The notes beneath the pieces are model-generated. The model did no database searches. It was not told where the DNA came from and was given only the letters and a program-made list of their open reading frames with translations. Of a DNA stretch of 64,000 bases, positions 31,126-41,755 are shown piece after piece. Source of the stretch: Escherichia coli (GTDB lineage: Bacteria > Pseudomonadota > Gammaproteobacteria > Enterobacterales > Enterobacteriaceae). Each line of letters opens with the position of its first letter. The first letter of the stretch is position 1. The DNA lies in NCBI RefSeq assembly GCF_024223415.1, contig NZ_CP100500.1; one strand, written 5' to 3'. The translations under genes were made by a program, and so were the position numbers.

Positions 31126-33555
31126 ATGACATTAACAAGACGTGAATTTATTAAACACAGCGGTATTGCCGCTGGAGCGCTGGTGGTGACATCGGCAGCA
31201 CCGCTACCCGCATGGGCAGAAGAGAAGGGCGGTAAAATCCTCACCGCGGGACGTTGGGGAGCGATGAACGTAGAAGTGAAGGACGGCAAGATTGTTTCTT
31301 CGACAGGCGCGCTGGCGAAAACCATACCGAACTCCTTACAGTCTACGGCGGCGGATCAGGTACACACCACGGCGCGTATTCAGCATCCGATGGTGAGAAA
31401 AAGCTATCTCGACAATCCACTGCAACCGGCGAAAGGTCGTGGCGAAGATACCTATGTACAGGTGAGCTGGGAACAGGCATTAAAACTGATTCATGAGCAA
31501 CATGAGCGTATTCGTAAAGCTAACGGACAATCGGCCATTTTTGCCGGATCTTACGGCTGGCGCTCTTCTGGCGTGTTGCATAAAGCGCAAACCTTACTGC
31601 AACGTTATATGAACCTGGCGGGCGGTTATTCCGGGCATAGCGGCGATTATTCAACCGGGGCAGCACAGGTGATCATGCCGCATGTGGTCGGTTCTGTAGA
31701 GGTGTATGAACAGCAGACCTCCTGGCCGCTGATTCTGGAAAACAGCCAGGTTGTGGTGCTGTGGGGAATGAACCCGCTGAATACCTTAAAAATTGCCTGG
31801 AGCAGTACCGATGAGCAAGGGCTGGAATACTTCCATCAGCTGAAAAAATCTGGCAAACCAGTGATTGCCATTGATCCTATCCGCTCCGAAACCATCGAGT
31901 TCTTTGGCGATAATGTCACCTGGATCGCGCCGAATATGGGCACCGACGTGGCACTGATGTTAGGGATTGCGCATACCCTGATGACACAAGGCAAACACGA
32001 TAAAGTGTTCCTTGAAAAATACACCACCGGGTATCCGCAGTTTGAAGAATATCTGACAGGTAAGAGCGATAATACTCCGAAGAGCGCGGCCTGGGCGGCG
32101 GAAATTACTGGCGTACCGGAAGCGCAGATAGTCAAACTCGCTGAACTGATGGCGGCGAATCGCACAATGCTGATGGCAGGCTGGGGAATTCAGCGCCAGC
32201 AATATGGTGAACAGAAACACTGGATGCTGGTGACGCTGGCGGCGATGTTAGGGCAGATTGGTACACCGGGCGGCGGTTTTGGTTTCTCTTATCATTACTC
32301 CAACGGTGGCAACCCGACGCGTGTTGGCGGCGTGCTGCCGGAAATGTCTGCGGCGATTGCCGGACAGGCCAGCGAGGCCGCTGATGATGGCGGAATGACG
32401 GCGATTCCTGTTGCCCGTATCGTCGATGCGCTGGAAAATCCTGGCGGCAAATATCAGCATAACGGTAAAGAACAAACGTATCCGAATATCAAAATGATCT
32501 GGTGGGCGGGTGGTGGTAACTTTACCCATCACCAGGATACTAATCGTCTGATCAAAGCATGGCAGAAACCGGAGATGATCGTCGTTTCTGAATGCTACTG
32601 GACTGCAGCTGCTAAACATGCAGATATCGTATTACCGATCACCACATCGTTTGAGCGCAATGACTTGACGATGACCGGTGATTACAGCAACCAGCATATT
32701 GTGCCGATGAAGCAGGCTGTCGCTCCGCAATTTGAAGCGCGTAACGATTTTGACGTGTTTGCCGATCTTGCTGAATTACTGAAACCTGGCGGAAAAGAGA
32801 TCTATACCGAAGGTAAAGATGAAATGGCGTGGCTGAAATTTTTCTATGATGCCGCTCAGAAAGGTGCCCGTGCGCAACGCGTCACTATGCCAATGTTTAA
32901 TGCCTTCTGGCAGCAAAATAAACTGATCGAAATGCGCCGCAGCGAGAAGAACGAACAGTATGTTCGTTATGGTGATTTCCGCGCCGATCCGGTGAAAAAT
33001 GCGCTGGGTACGCCAAGCGGCAAAATTGAGATTTACTCCAAAACGCTGGAAAAATTTGGCTATAAGGATTGCCCGGCACACCCAACCTGGCTTGCGCCTG
33101 ATGAGTGGAAGGGTACCGCCGACGAGAAGCAGTTGCAGCTTCTGACCGCACATCCGGCACACCGTTTACACAGTCAGCTTAACTATGCGGAACTGCGTAA
33201 AAAATATGCGGTTGCCGATCGTGAACCAATCACTATTCACACCGAAGATGCTGCTCGCTTTGGTATTGCGAATGGTGATCTGGTGCGTGTCTGGAACAAA
33301 CGTGGTCAGATTCTGACAGGTGCGGTGGTGACTGACGGGATCAAAAAAGGCGTGGTATGCGTGCATGAAGGTGCATGGCCAGATCTGGAAAATGGCTTGT
33401 GTAAAAACGGCAGTGCGAACGTGTTAACCGCGGATATCCCCAGCTCGCAGCTGGCAAATGCCTGTGCCGGTAACTCTGCGCTGGTGTATATCGAAAAATA
33501 TACGGGTAACGCACCGAAGTTAACGGCGTTTGATCAGCCAGCTGTTCAGGCGTAA
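31126..33555 (+). CDS. torZ: TMAO/biotin-sulfoxide-type molybdoenzyme reductase TorZ (BisZ), Tat signal
   Basis: Product is [31 protein letters not shown] with a twin-arginine motif. It is 809 aa with molybdopterin oxidoreductase architecture. Confidence 0.9.
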   Translation: MTLTRREFIKHSGIAAGALVVTSAAPLPAWAEEKGGKILTAGRWGAMNVEVKDGKIVSSTGALAKTIPNSLQSTAADQVHTTARIQHPMVRKSYLDNPLQPAKGRGEDTYVQVSWEQALKLIHEQHERIRKANGQSAIFAGSYGWRSSGVLHKAQTLLQRYMNLAGGYSGHSGDYSTGAAQVIMPHVVGSVEVYEQQTSWPLILENSQVVVLWGMNPLNTLKIAWSSTDEQGLEYFHQLKKSGKPVIAIDPIRSETIEFFGDNVTWIAPNMGTDVALMLGIAHTLMTQGKHDKVFLEKYTTGYPQFEEYLTGKSDNTPKSAAWAAEITGVPEAQIVKLAELMAANRTMLMAGWGIQRQQYGEQKHWMLVTLAAMLGQIGTPGGGFGFSYHYSNGGNPTRVGGVLPEMSAAIAGQASEAADDGGMTAIPVARIVDALENPGGKYQHNGKEQTYPNIKMIWWAGGGNFTHHQDTNRLIKAWQKPEMIVVSECYWTAAAKHADIVLPITTSFERNDLTMTGDYSNQHIVPMKQAVAPQFEARNDFDVFADLAELLKPGGKEIYTEGKDEMAWLKFFYDAAQKGARAQRVTMPMFNAFWQQNKLIEMRRSEKNEQYVRYGDFRADPVKNALGTPSGKIEIYSKTLEKFGYKDCPAHPTWLAPDEWKGTADEKQLQLLTAHPAHRLHSQLNYAELRKKYAVADREPITIHTEDAARFGIANGDLVRVWNKRGQILTGAVVTDGIKKGVVCVHEGAWPDLENGLCKNGSANVLTADIPSSQLANACAGNSALVYIEKYTGNAPKLTAFDQPAVQA

Positions 33556-33606
33556 GACGTGAATAGCGCCCGGAAACGGGCGCAGAGGTTATGCAAACGT
33601 AAAGCT

Positions 33607-33715
33607 GCCTGATGCGCTATGCTTATCAGGCCTACATAGTCCCTGCAATATATTGAATTAGCAAGGTTTTGTAGGCCGGATAAGGCGTTCACGCCGCATC
33701 CGGCAGTAATACCAG
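33607..33715. repeat. REP element cluster between torZ and cmoB
   Basis: GCCTGATGCGCTATGCTTATCAGGCCTAC and GTAGGCCGGATAAGGCGTTCACGCCGCATCCGGC are canonical REP sequences in opposite orientations. They are preceded by the hairpin GCGCCCGGAAACGGGCGC at 33566..33583. Confidence 0.6.
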
Positions 33716-33719
33716 ACCT

Positions 33720-35867
<2,148 letters not shown>

Positions 35868-35919
35868 ACAAACTCCCTTTAAAATGGCCGATGGCACCTG
35901 TCTATGATAGGTGGCAAAT

Positions 35920-36678
35920 TCAGAAAAGAGAAGATTGCTGTGGAATAGCCGGAACTGCTCCGATCTCTGGAAGCGTTTTACGTAAGTCTTCCCACAGGGT
36001 ATGTACCAGTTCCGGTGCCTGGGCAATGTCTGGCGTATGTAAAAAAAGATAAGGCGTAGTGGTCTGATGCCACTGCGCTAATTTCTGTAACCAGACCTGA
36101 AATAATTCCCGGTTTTGCGTCATATCATCACTACCGATAAAACGGATCAGCGGATTTGTCGCCGTCAGTACAGCATGTACCGGAACTTTAGGTTTTTTTC
36201 GTTGAGCGTCGCGAATAGCTTCACTGTGTGGACGTGCTGCATGAACCGGGCGGCTGTCTAAAATCACCCGATTAACGCCGCGCTGATGTAAACCGCGATT
36301 AAGCGTTTGTTCCTCTTCCCCTTTGGCGAAAAACTGTGGATGGCGGACTTCCACACCATAATTAAATTCGCCAGGGAGAGAATCGAGAAAATGCCAAAGC
36401 GCAGGCAGCTCCCGTGGGCCGAATGTGGCAGGCAGTTGCAGCCAGTATTGCCCAATGCGCGGAGCCAACGGTGACATGCGGGTCAAAAATTCAGTCACTA
36501 AATCATCGCAATGTCGTAATGCTGCCTGATGCGAAATGGTCGCCGGAAACTTAAAACAGAAGCGGAAGTCATCTGTGGTCTGTTCACGCCAGCGCAGGAC
36601 AACCTCGGGTTTCGGCAGGGCGTAAAGCGTGGTGTTGCCCTCCACGCAGTTAACATGACGGGTATTGAAGGCTAACAC
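35920..36678 (-). pseudogene. yecE: yecE (DUF72) with its native 5' end displaced by prophage integration; remaining reading frame fused to phage-derived codons MLAFNTR
   Basis: The ORF reads MLAFNTRHVNCVEGNTTLYALPKPEVVLRWREQTTDDFRFCFKF... The conserved YecE body begins at ...NCVEGNTT. The region that would encode the native N-terminus is replaced by sequence contiguous with the integrase gene. Confidence 0.65.
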
Positions 36679-37985
36679 ACTGATTTTAATAAGTTTCTTG
36701 TGTCACTTTGGTGACCATGGGACATCATTGGGACATAATCTGCCAGCTTCTGATTCAGCATTGCGATCTGTTCTGCATTACTGTCAGTCATCCATGCTCC
36801 GTATACATTGAACACCATCTGGGCACTTGCATGGCCCATCTGGCTGGCAATGAAGCTTGGGTTTGCTCCGGCAGATAATGACCAGCACGCATAAGTGTGT
36901 CGTGACTGGTATGCTTTCCGGTGCCTGATGCCCGCACGCTTAATGGCTGTTTCCCATGAGTCGCCAATAGAATCTACCTTGTAGATAAAACCGACCTGTT
37001 TGCTTTTTCTAACCACCTGGGGGTTAAATACGAAAGTACATTCATGGTTCACTGTACGTCCATATTCACGTAGTTGAACCTTGATGTGGTGCTGCTTACC
37101 CAGTCTTGTCATTTCAGCCTGATTTTTCAGGACACTGATAGCGGGCTGGATAAGATGCACAACCCTGTTTGTACTTGCTTCAGTTTTAGGTAGAGTGAAC
37201 TCACCGAGTTTCGTATAATTGCGCCTGATAGTAATTGTTCCTGCTTTCAGATCGATATCTTCCCAGGCCAGGGAGACCAGTTCACCATGACGCATTCCTG
37301 TGTACACAGCCAATGACCACAGGTTTTTCGTCTGCTGATGTCGGCAAGCATCTATCAGGCGAATAAATTCGTCACGAGTTAGCGGATCTGGCTCTGCCCT
37401 GGCTCTTTTAAGAGGCTTAATTCCCTGGAAGGGATTTGCTTCTAAGTAACCGTGATCTGCAGCAAACTGAAACATTCCAGCGATTGTCGTCATGTAATAA
37501 TTTACAGTAACGACGCTCCGTCCTTTTGCTGCTGCTTTGTTTTTCGTTGAATTCTGGTACCCGGTCAGCAAATCTTTCCTGATATACAGCAATTCCTCTT
37601 TAGTTACCGATGACACCAGTCTGCTGCCTCCAATTTTCGGAACCATCGTTCTTGCAACGGATTCATAGCGATTGAATGCATTTGCAGAGATCTCCATTCG
37701 TTTCAGATCCAGCCACTTTTCTTCAAGTTCCTTCACCGTAATTTCTTTTTTACTTACCCCAAAAGCCTGAAGGTTAGGGGAGTCAGGGAACTGTGCAGCA
37801 TAATCAAAGCTTCCTGTGCGGATGGCAAAACATACCGATGTCCGCAGTTCCCCGGCGATCTTCCTGTTCTTGGCAGTGTCAGGGACACCAAGATTTTCCC
37901 TGACACGTTTACCTTTAAAATTAAACCAGATGCGTAATGTGCCGCCGTGGTTTTCGACGCCTGTTGGATATTTGACTTTATCCAT
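36672..37985 (-). CDS. int: phage tyrosine integrase (437 aa)
   Basis: The C-terminal catalytic region contains the conserved R...HxxR...Y motifs (...RHGELVSLAWEDID...HTYACWSLSAGANPSFIASQMGHASAQMVFNVYGAW). The gene abuts the disrupted host gene. Confidence 0.9.
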   Translation of the reverse strand: MDKVKYPTGVENHGGTLRIWFNFKGKRVRENLGVPDTAKNRKIAGELRTSVCFAIRTGSFDYAAQFPDSPNLQAFGVSKKEITVKELEEKWLDLKRMEISANAFNRYESVARTMVPKIGGSRLVSSVTKEELLYIRKDLLTGYQNSTKNKAAAKGRSVVTVNYYMTTIAGMFQFAADHGYLEANPFQGIKPLKRARAEPDPLTRDEFIRLIDACRHQQTKNLWSLAVYTGMRHGELVSLAWEDIDLKAGTITIRRNYTKLGEFTLPKTEASTNRVVHLIQPAISVLKNQAEMTRLGKQHHIKVQLREYGRTVNHECTFVFNPQVVRKSKQVGFIYKVDSIGDSWETAIKRAGIRHRKAYQSRHTYACWSLSAGANPSFIASQMGHASAQMVFNVYGAWMTDSNAEQIAMLNQKLADYVPMMSHGHQSDTRNLLKSVC

Positions 37986-38040
37986 TGATACCTCCAGACG
38001 CCCAAGAGCGATACGAGCTTACATACTTCATGGCATTAAA

Positions 38041-38277
38041 TCACCCAGGTTGTTTGTTTTTCATTGAAGCGACCCAGGCATCTATTGCTTTTCTGTTATA
38101 CATACATTCACTGGAAGGCTTTGGATTACCGTCTGGTGATACGTGAATATACTCTCTTCCAACCATCCAGCATTCTTTCCGGGCCCGAAGAATTGTGCCT
38201 GGTTTGAGCCCGGTAATTGCGATTAGAACGCTTTCACAAACCCATTCATTGGGAGCCAGTTGAATCACATTGCCCAT
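38041..38277 (-). CDS. xis: excisionase-like DNA-binding protein (78 aa)
   Basis: It lies immediately upstream of int on the same strand. Product MGNVIQLAPNEWVCESVLIAITGLKPGTILRARKECWMVGREYIHVSP... has an Xis/AlpA-like winged-helix pattern. Confidence 0.6.
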   Translation of the reverse strand: MGNVIQLAPNEWVCESVLIAITGLKPGTILRARKECWMVGREYIHVSPDGNPKPSSECMYNRKAIDAWVASMKNKQPG

Positions 38278-38285
38278 GCATTACC

Positions 38286-38432
38286 TCACACAACACTCAG
38301 CCCACGGCAGTGGCACCACACTTCAAACATTCGTTTCACAATTTCACGACAGTAGAAACCGTCAACATCTCGTGTCAGGTCATAGCGATTGCCGTAACGC
38401 TGGTGGACCCATTGTTCAAATGCTTTATTCAT
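38286..38432 (-). CDS. small Cys/His-rich protein (48 aa), not in ORF track
   Basis: Hand translation gives MNKAFEQWVHQRYGNRYDLTRDVDGFYCREIVKRMFEVWCHCRGLSVV. It ends 8 bp before the xis ATG and has possible C-x10-C-x-C/H zinc ligands. Confidence 0.35.
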   Translation of the reverse strand: MNKAFEQWVHQRYGNRYDLTRDVDGFYCREIVKRMFEVWCHCRGLSVV

Positions 38433-38435
38433 TCT

Positions 38436-38678
38436 TTACTTCCTTTTCATGGCCCGTAATTTTTTCAGATGAGTTTCCTGTTCTGTTTCTGCCAGAATTT
38501 GTCGGTATTCCTGATGATCGAGCCGTTCAAACGTTTCATTAAAATCGTTTATTTTTACCGACTGTGTTCGCCCATCCATTCTTCTGTACAACACGGTGTT
38601 ATTTATGCAGCGAATAATTTTTACCGGGTAACCGGCACTGTCGGTATACAGTTGTCCCTGATTAATCAAAGCGAACAT
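38436..38678 (-). CDS. hypothetical phage protein (80 aa from the ATG at 38678 with an AGGAG RBS 7 nt upstream; ORF-track frame extends to 38801)
   Basis: Product is MFALINQGQLYTDSAGYPVKIIRCINNTVLYRRMDGRTQSVKINDFNETFERLDHQEYRQILAETEQETHLKKLRAMKRK. The RBS was checked in sequence (GCAGGAGAAAAAATG). Confidence 0.5.
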   Translation of the reverse strand: MFALINQGQLYTDSAGYPVKIIRCINNTVLYRRMDGRTQSVKINDFNETFERLDHQEYRQILAETEQETHLKKLRAMKRK

Positions 38679-38709
38679 TTTTTCTCCTGCTCTCTGAATA
38701 GTGAGAACT

Positions 38710-39075
38710 TCAGAGTCGTATGTTTGTAGCGGGTTCAATGCTGATGATTTCTGCTGAGATAAGCATCCCGGCCAGCCAGAGCTCTCCGGACAGGTTTTCA
38801 TCCTTGCATTCCAGTCCGCCGATATTAATGGTGGCTATGATATCGCGCTTATCCTCGACTTCTTCATAAGGCAGCGTTGCGTACAGGCTTTCAATAGCGC
38901 AACTGATAACATCCAGTCCGGTCAGATTGCCGCCGACAGTGACTTCGAATGTTTCGCGGTATTCCCATAGCCCGAAAGTTAATCGAACGGTTTGTTTTGC
39001 CATGCGCCCGCATGACGTCAGATTCGGGTCATAGTTCATTATTTGCGGTTGAGTATTCTGGGCGTTCATCTGCAT
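38710..39075 (-). CDS. hypothetical phage protein (121 aa from MQMNAQ...; ORF-track frame extends to 39141)
   Basis: Product is MQMNAQNTQPQIMNYDPNLTSCGRMAKQTVRLTFGLWEYRETFEVTVGGNLTGLDVISCAIESLYATLPYEEV... No recognisable motif was found. Confidence 0.45.
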   Translation of the reverse strand: MQMNAQNTQPQIMNYDPNLTSCGRMAKQTVRLTFGLWEYRETFEVTVGGNLTGLDVISCAIESLYATLPYEEVEDKRDIIATINIGGLECKDENLSGELWLAGMLISAEIISIEPATNIRL

Positions 39076-39109
39076 TTCCCTTAGCCCGGCGGCCTGCCGG
39101 GCGTATAAG

Positions 39110-39937
39110 TTATTTAACCTGGATAAATGGTGTATTAGCACCGCTGGTCATGTATTGCGGCAGTGTGCCGTTCCATTTATTGATGGCTTCCAGCTCCATA
39201 ACGCCGGGGTTCTGACGCAGAGCTTCACCGCGTAAACGAATAGCATCAGCTTCGGCCTGGGCTTTTGTGCGAATCGCATCAGCCTGTCCGGCAGCTTCTG
39301 CGCGCAACATATTGGCTTCCGCTTCGCGCTGTTTTACTTCCTGCTCGCGCTGCAGTGTTTTCTGGTTCGCCGTGACTTTGGCATTAATGCTGTCGATAAC
39401 TGTTGGCGGGTACTCCGGCTTACCCACATATGAGAGGCTCATTACCTGAATACCGATAGGTGTCATCTCTGCCTGAATGTCTTTAAGAGCTTCATCCAGC
39501 AGCTCAGACTTGCCGCCGTCGATAAATTTGTCAGTGGTCATTTTGCTGGCCAGTCGGTTGAGTGCGTCGGCGATCTTCTGGCGCAGGTCAGTGTCGGTAA
39601 TGTCATCCACGCCTTTGCGGTAGGTCTGAAACACCGTGGTAACTTTGGATGGATCAACTTTGTAGGCCACGCCAATGTGATAGCCGATGGTTGTACCGTC
39701 ACTCATCTGGAAACTGAACGGTTCATCGTAGGTCTTCATTTGTTTGAAGGTGGGGAAGATATAAACTTCAGTATTCCAGCCAGTCCAGTAGCGACCAACA
39801 CCGACCACCTCACCGACGCCTTTGTCGTCGCCCAGTTTATTTACCTTGATGCCAACATTACCTGGTTCAACGCGATCGCAACCGACAAGGCCAATAGTCG
39901 GCAGAACAATGGCTAAAGCAAAAATAATTTTTTTCAT
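39110..39937 (-). CDS. SPFH/band-7 (stomatin/prohibitin/HflKC-like) lipoprotein, 275 aa
   Basis: Product is MKKIIFALAIVLPTIGLVGC (lipobox) followed by an SPFH-like core and a coiled-coil tail QREQEVKQREAEANMLRAEAAGQADAIRTKAQAEADAIRLRGEALRQNPG typical of HflK/HflC/QmcA. Confidence 0.6.
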   Translation of the reverse strand: MKKIIFALAIVLPTIGLVGCDRVEPGNVGIKVNKLGDDKGVGEVVGVGRYWTGWNTEVYIFPTFKQMKTYDEPFSFQMSDGTTIGYHIGVAYKVDPSKVTTVFQTYRKGVDDITDTDLRQKIADALNRLASKMTTDKFIDGGKSELLDEALKDIQAEMTPIGIQVMSLSYVGKPEYPPTVIDSINAKVTANQKTLQREQEVKQREAEANMLRAEAAGQADAIRTKAQAEADAIRLRGEALRQNPGVMELEAINKWNGTLPQYMTSGANTPFIQVK

Positions 39938-40122
39938 CTTTTATCCTTAGTGAAAGAAAGACCCTTGTAAATGGCATAAATGCAGGGCGGGGTCAGAAAC
40001 GCCAGTGCAAAGCCAGAAATAACTGCTATCGTATCCTTCATGGATATAAGGAACGGAACGAGTAATCCGTAAATGCATGCGATAATTGCCAGTAAAATTA
40101 CTATTGTGAAATACAGTCTCAT
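39934..40122 (-). CDS. small two-TM membrane protein (62 aa), translationally coupled to the SPFH gene (NfeD-like partner position)
   Basis: Product is MRLYFTIVILLAIIACIYGLLVPFLISMKDTIAVISGFALAFLTPPCIYAIYKGLSFTKDKR. It overlaps the SPFH start by 4 bp. Confidence 0.5.
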   Translation of the reverse strand: MRLYFTIVILLAIIACIYGLLVPFLISMKDTIAVISGFALAFLTPPCIYAIYKGLSFTKDKR

Positions 40123-40145
40123 TGGTCTGTGGTATCCCGATATTT

Positions 40146-40253
40146 TTAACCGACTGACAGCGCAATAAAGAGAATAATGATTTCTGTTAGTGTCAGCACT
40201 GTGGCAAGGATTAAAATCAGTTTTACTCTGTTTAATTCACGGTTGCTTTTCAT
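40146..40253 (-). CDS. 35-aa hydrophobic peptide (possible small membrane-toxin-like protein), not in ORF track
   Basis: Hand translation gives MKSNRELNRVKLILILATVLTLTEIIILFIALSVG followed by TAA. It has a single predicted TM helix and a short polar N-terminus. Confidence 0.3.
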   Translation of the reverse strand: MKSNRELNRVKLILILATVLTLTEIIILFIALSVG

Positions 40254-40298
40254 ATAAACGGTTAGTAAAAAACGGAAGAATTATTTTCTTCTTAATAT

Positions 40299-40880
40299 TT
40301 AATGTGTCACTGGCGCTTCTGGCATACCATGAGTATTCAGGTCGTGAATCATTTCATCCAGAAGGAGTTCAAGCCCTTCGCGCCCCATAGCAGAGAGAAT
40401 GAAACCATTATCAGGATCTGCGATGAGCATTTTTTGATAGAGAAACAGAACTCGCCCCATGCCTTCAGTTTCGCCATATTTTTCAATAAATCCCCATTCG
40501 ACATGGTTTTGCAGGGCAATGCGAAGTGGTCCTGGGTATATACTTATGCAACCATGTTTCCCCTTGTAAATAACTGCGCGATCTGTCGTCCCGTTATCGT
40601 TAGGGATATCAATAGTGCCGTTCTTGTCTTCCTCTTCACTGATAAACTTCATCACATACAGCCAGCGCCACTGAGCAACCTTCAGATCGACTGAAAATCT
40701 TCCCAGCAATCCGGCATCATCAGCTTCGGCAAGACATTGCATGATTCTTAAACCGTGCCAGTATGGATTATCGAATTCGCCATCATTAAGCCGCTGTACG
40801 GCCTGAATATAATCAATGGTTGTATTACCAATTTTTATGCCATGTGGCGTTACTTCTGGTCGGAACTCTGAATGATTCAT
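40299..40880 (-). CDS. hypothetical protein (193 aa from the ATG at 40880; ORF-track frame extends to 40937)
   Basis: Product is MNHSEFRPEVTPHGIKIGNTTIDYIQAVQRLNDGEFDNPYWHGLRIMQCLAEADDAGLLGRFSVDLKVAQWRWLYVMKF... The start overlaps the stop of the upstream 67-aa ORF as ATGA. Confidence 0.55.
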   Translation of the reverse strand: MNHSEFRPEVTPHGIKIGNTTIDYIQAVQRLNDGEFDNPYWHGLRIMQCLAEADDAGLLGRFSVDLKVAQWRWLYVMKFISEEEDKNGTIDIPNDNGTTDRAVIYKGKHGCISIYPGPLRIALQNHVEWGFIEKYGETEGMGRVLFLYQKMLIADPDNGFILSAMGREGLELLLDEMIHDLNTHGMPEAPVTH

Positions 40881-41080
40881 AATATTTGCTCCTTTGCTGG
40901 TGGAATAATCGTGTAGCCAGCTCTTTTTGCCATCCACAGAAATGTATCCATGCAGCCAACGAATTCATTATCCAGCAGATGTTTTGAGTAAATTACTTCA
41001 CCATTTTCAATGGTTAGCAACACTCTTACTTTTTTATGTGTTATGTTTTGTTGTTTTTCTTCCATTGACTTATCTCCCAT
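40877..41080 (-). CDS. small hypothetical protein (67 aa) translationally coupled to the downstream 193-aa gene
   Basis: Product is MGDKSMEEKQQNITHKKVRVLLTIENGEVIYSKHLLDNEFVGCMDTFLWMAKRAGYTIIPPAKEQIL. Its stop overlaps the next start. Confidence 0.5.
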   Translation of the reverse strand: MGDKSMEEKQQNITHKKVRVLLTIENGEVIYSKHLLDNEFVGCMDTFLWMAKRAGYTIIPPAKEQIL

Positions 41081-41261
41081 ATGCTTTGCGCAAATACAGG
41101 TTGGCTATATGAAGATAAGAATCTCCATGTTGTGCAATGAGGCAGGCAGTTTTATACGATGCCTTATGTTTCAGGAAAGTCATAACATAATCTCCTGCGA
41201 ATAAAGGTTGCAACAATCCCCGGCGATAAAACCGTAATAAACATTCAGGGAATATTTATTG

Positions 41262-41627
41262 TTATTGCGCTAATTCTTTTTCGGCAGCAGATTTTGCATA
41301 TTCACATGCAAAATTCAGAATTTCGCTGCCAAGTGTTTTTGTTTCGTGATTACTGGACATATGTAATACCTGTGTTGCATGCAATAAATGATAAACATTT
41401 ACCGCAAATGAGTCCGGCTCCAGACAAATGCCTTCATAATCATCTTGTTGTGAGGTTGTTTCTGTCATTGCTCCTGAAGTGCATGCGAGCCTGTTTTTGA
41501 CAATTCTCTTTCCTCTAATCACTATATCGGCAACATCTATTGCCTTTACAACCTCCGGGAGAAGTTCCGGGTTTGTATAATCAAAGTCATCAACATGGAG
41601 AACAGTTATGTTTTCGAACTTTTTCAT
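41262..41627 (-). CDS. hypothetical protein (121 aa); C-terminal ~57 aa paralogous to N-terminus of the adjacent 182-aa HTH protein
   Basis: Product is MKKFENITVLHVDDFDYTNPELLPEVVKAIDVADIVIRGKRIVKNRLACTSGAMTE...GICLEPDSFAVNVYHLLHATQVLHMSSNHETKTLGSEILNFACEYAKSAAEKELAQ. Confidence 0.5.
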   Translation of the reverse strand: MKKFENITVLHVDDFDYTNPELLPEVVKAIDVADIVIRGKRIVKNRLACTSGAMTETTSQQDDYEGICLEPDSFAVNVYHLLHATQVLHMSSNHETKTLGSEILNFACEYAKSAAEKELAQ

Positions 41628-41755
41628 GGCTTCCTCAGCTGACTTATATGTTCTGCTATATAGCGAGTCTCAGAAGTGTTTTCATATTGAGACTGTTTCC
41701 GCAATGATTGATAAAAATGTTCGCATGTACCTTGAGGGGCGAAGCGGCGATTATG

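Noticed and set aside
31836-33366. Several 66-128-aa ORFs antisense within torZ
   Set aside because: They are embedded in a conserved molybdoenzyme gene and have no independent support.
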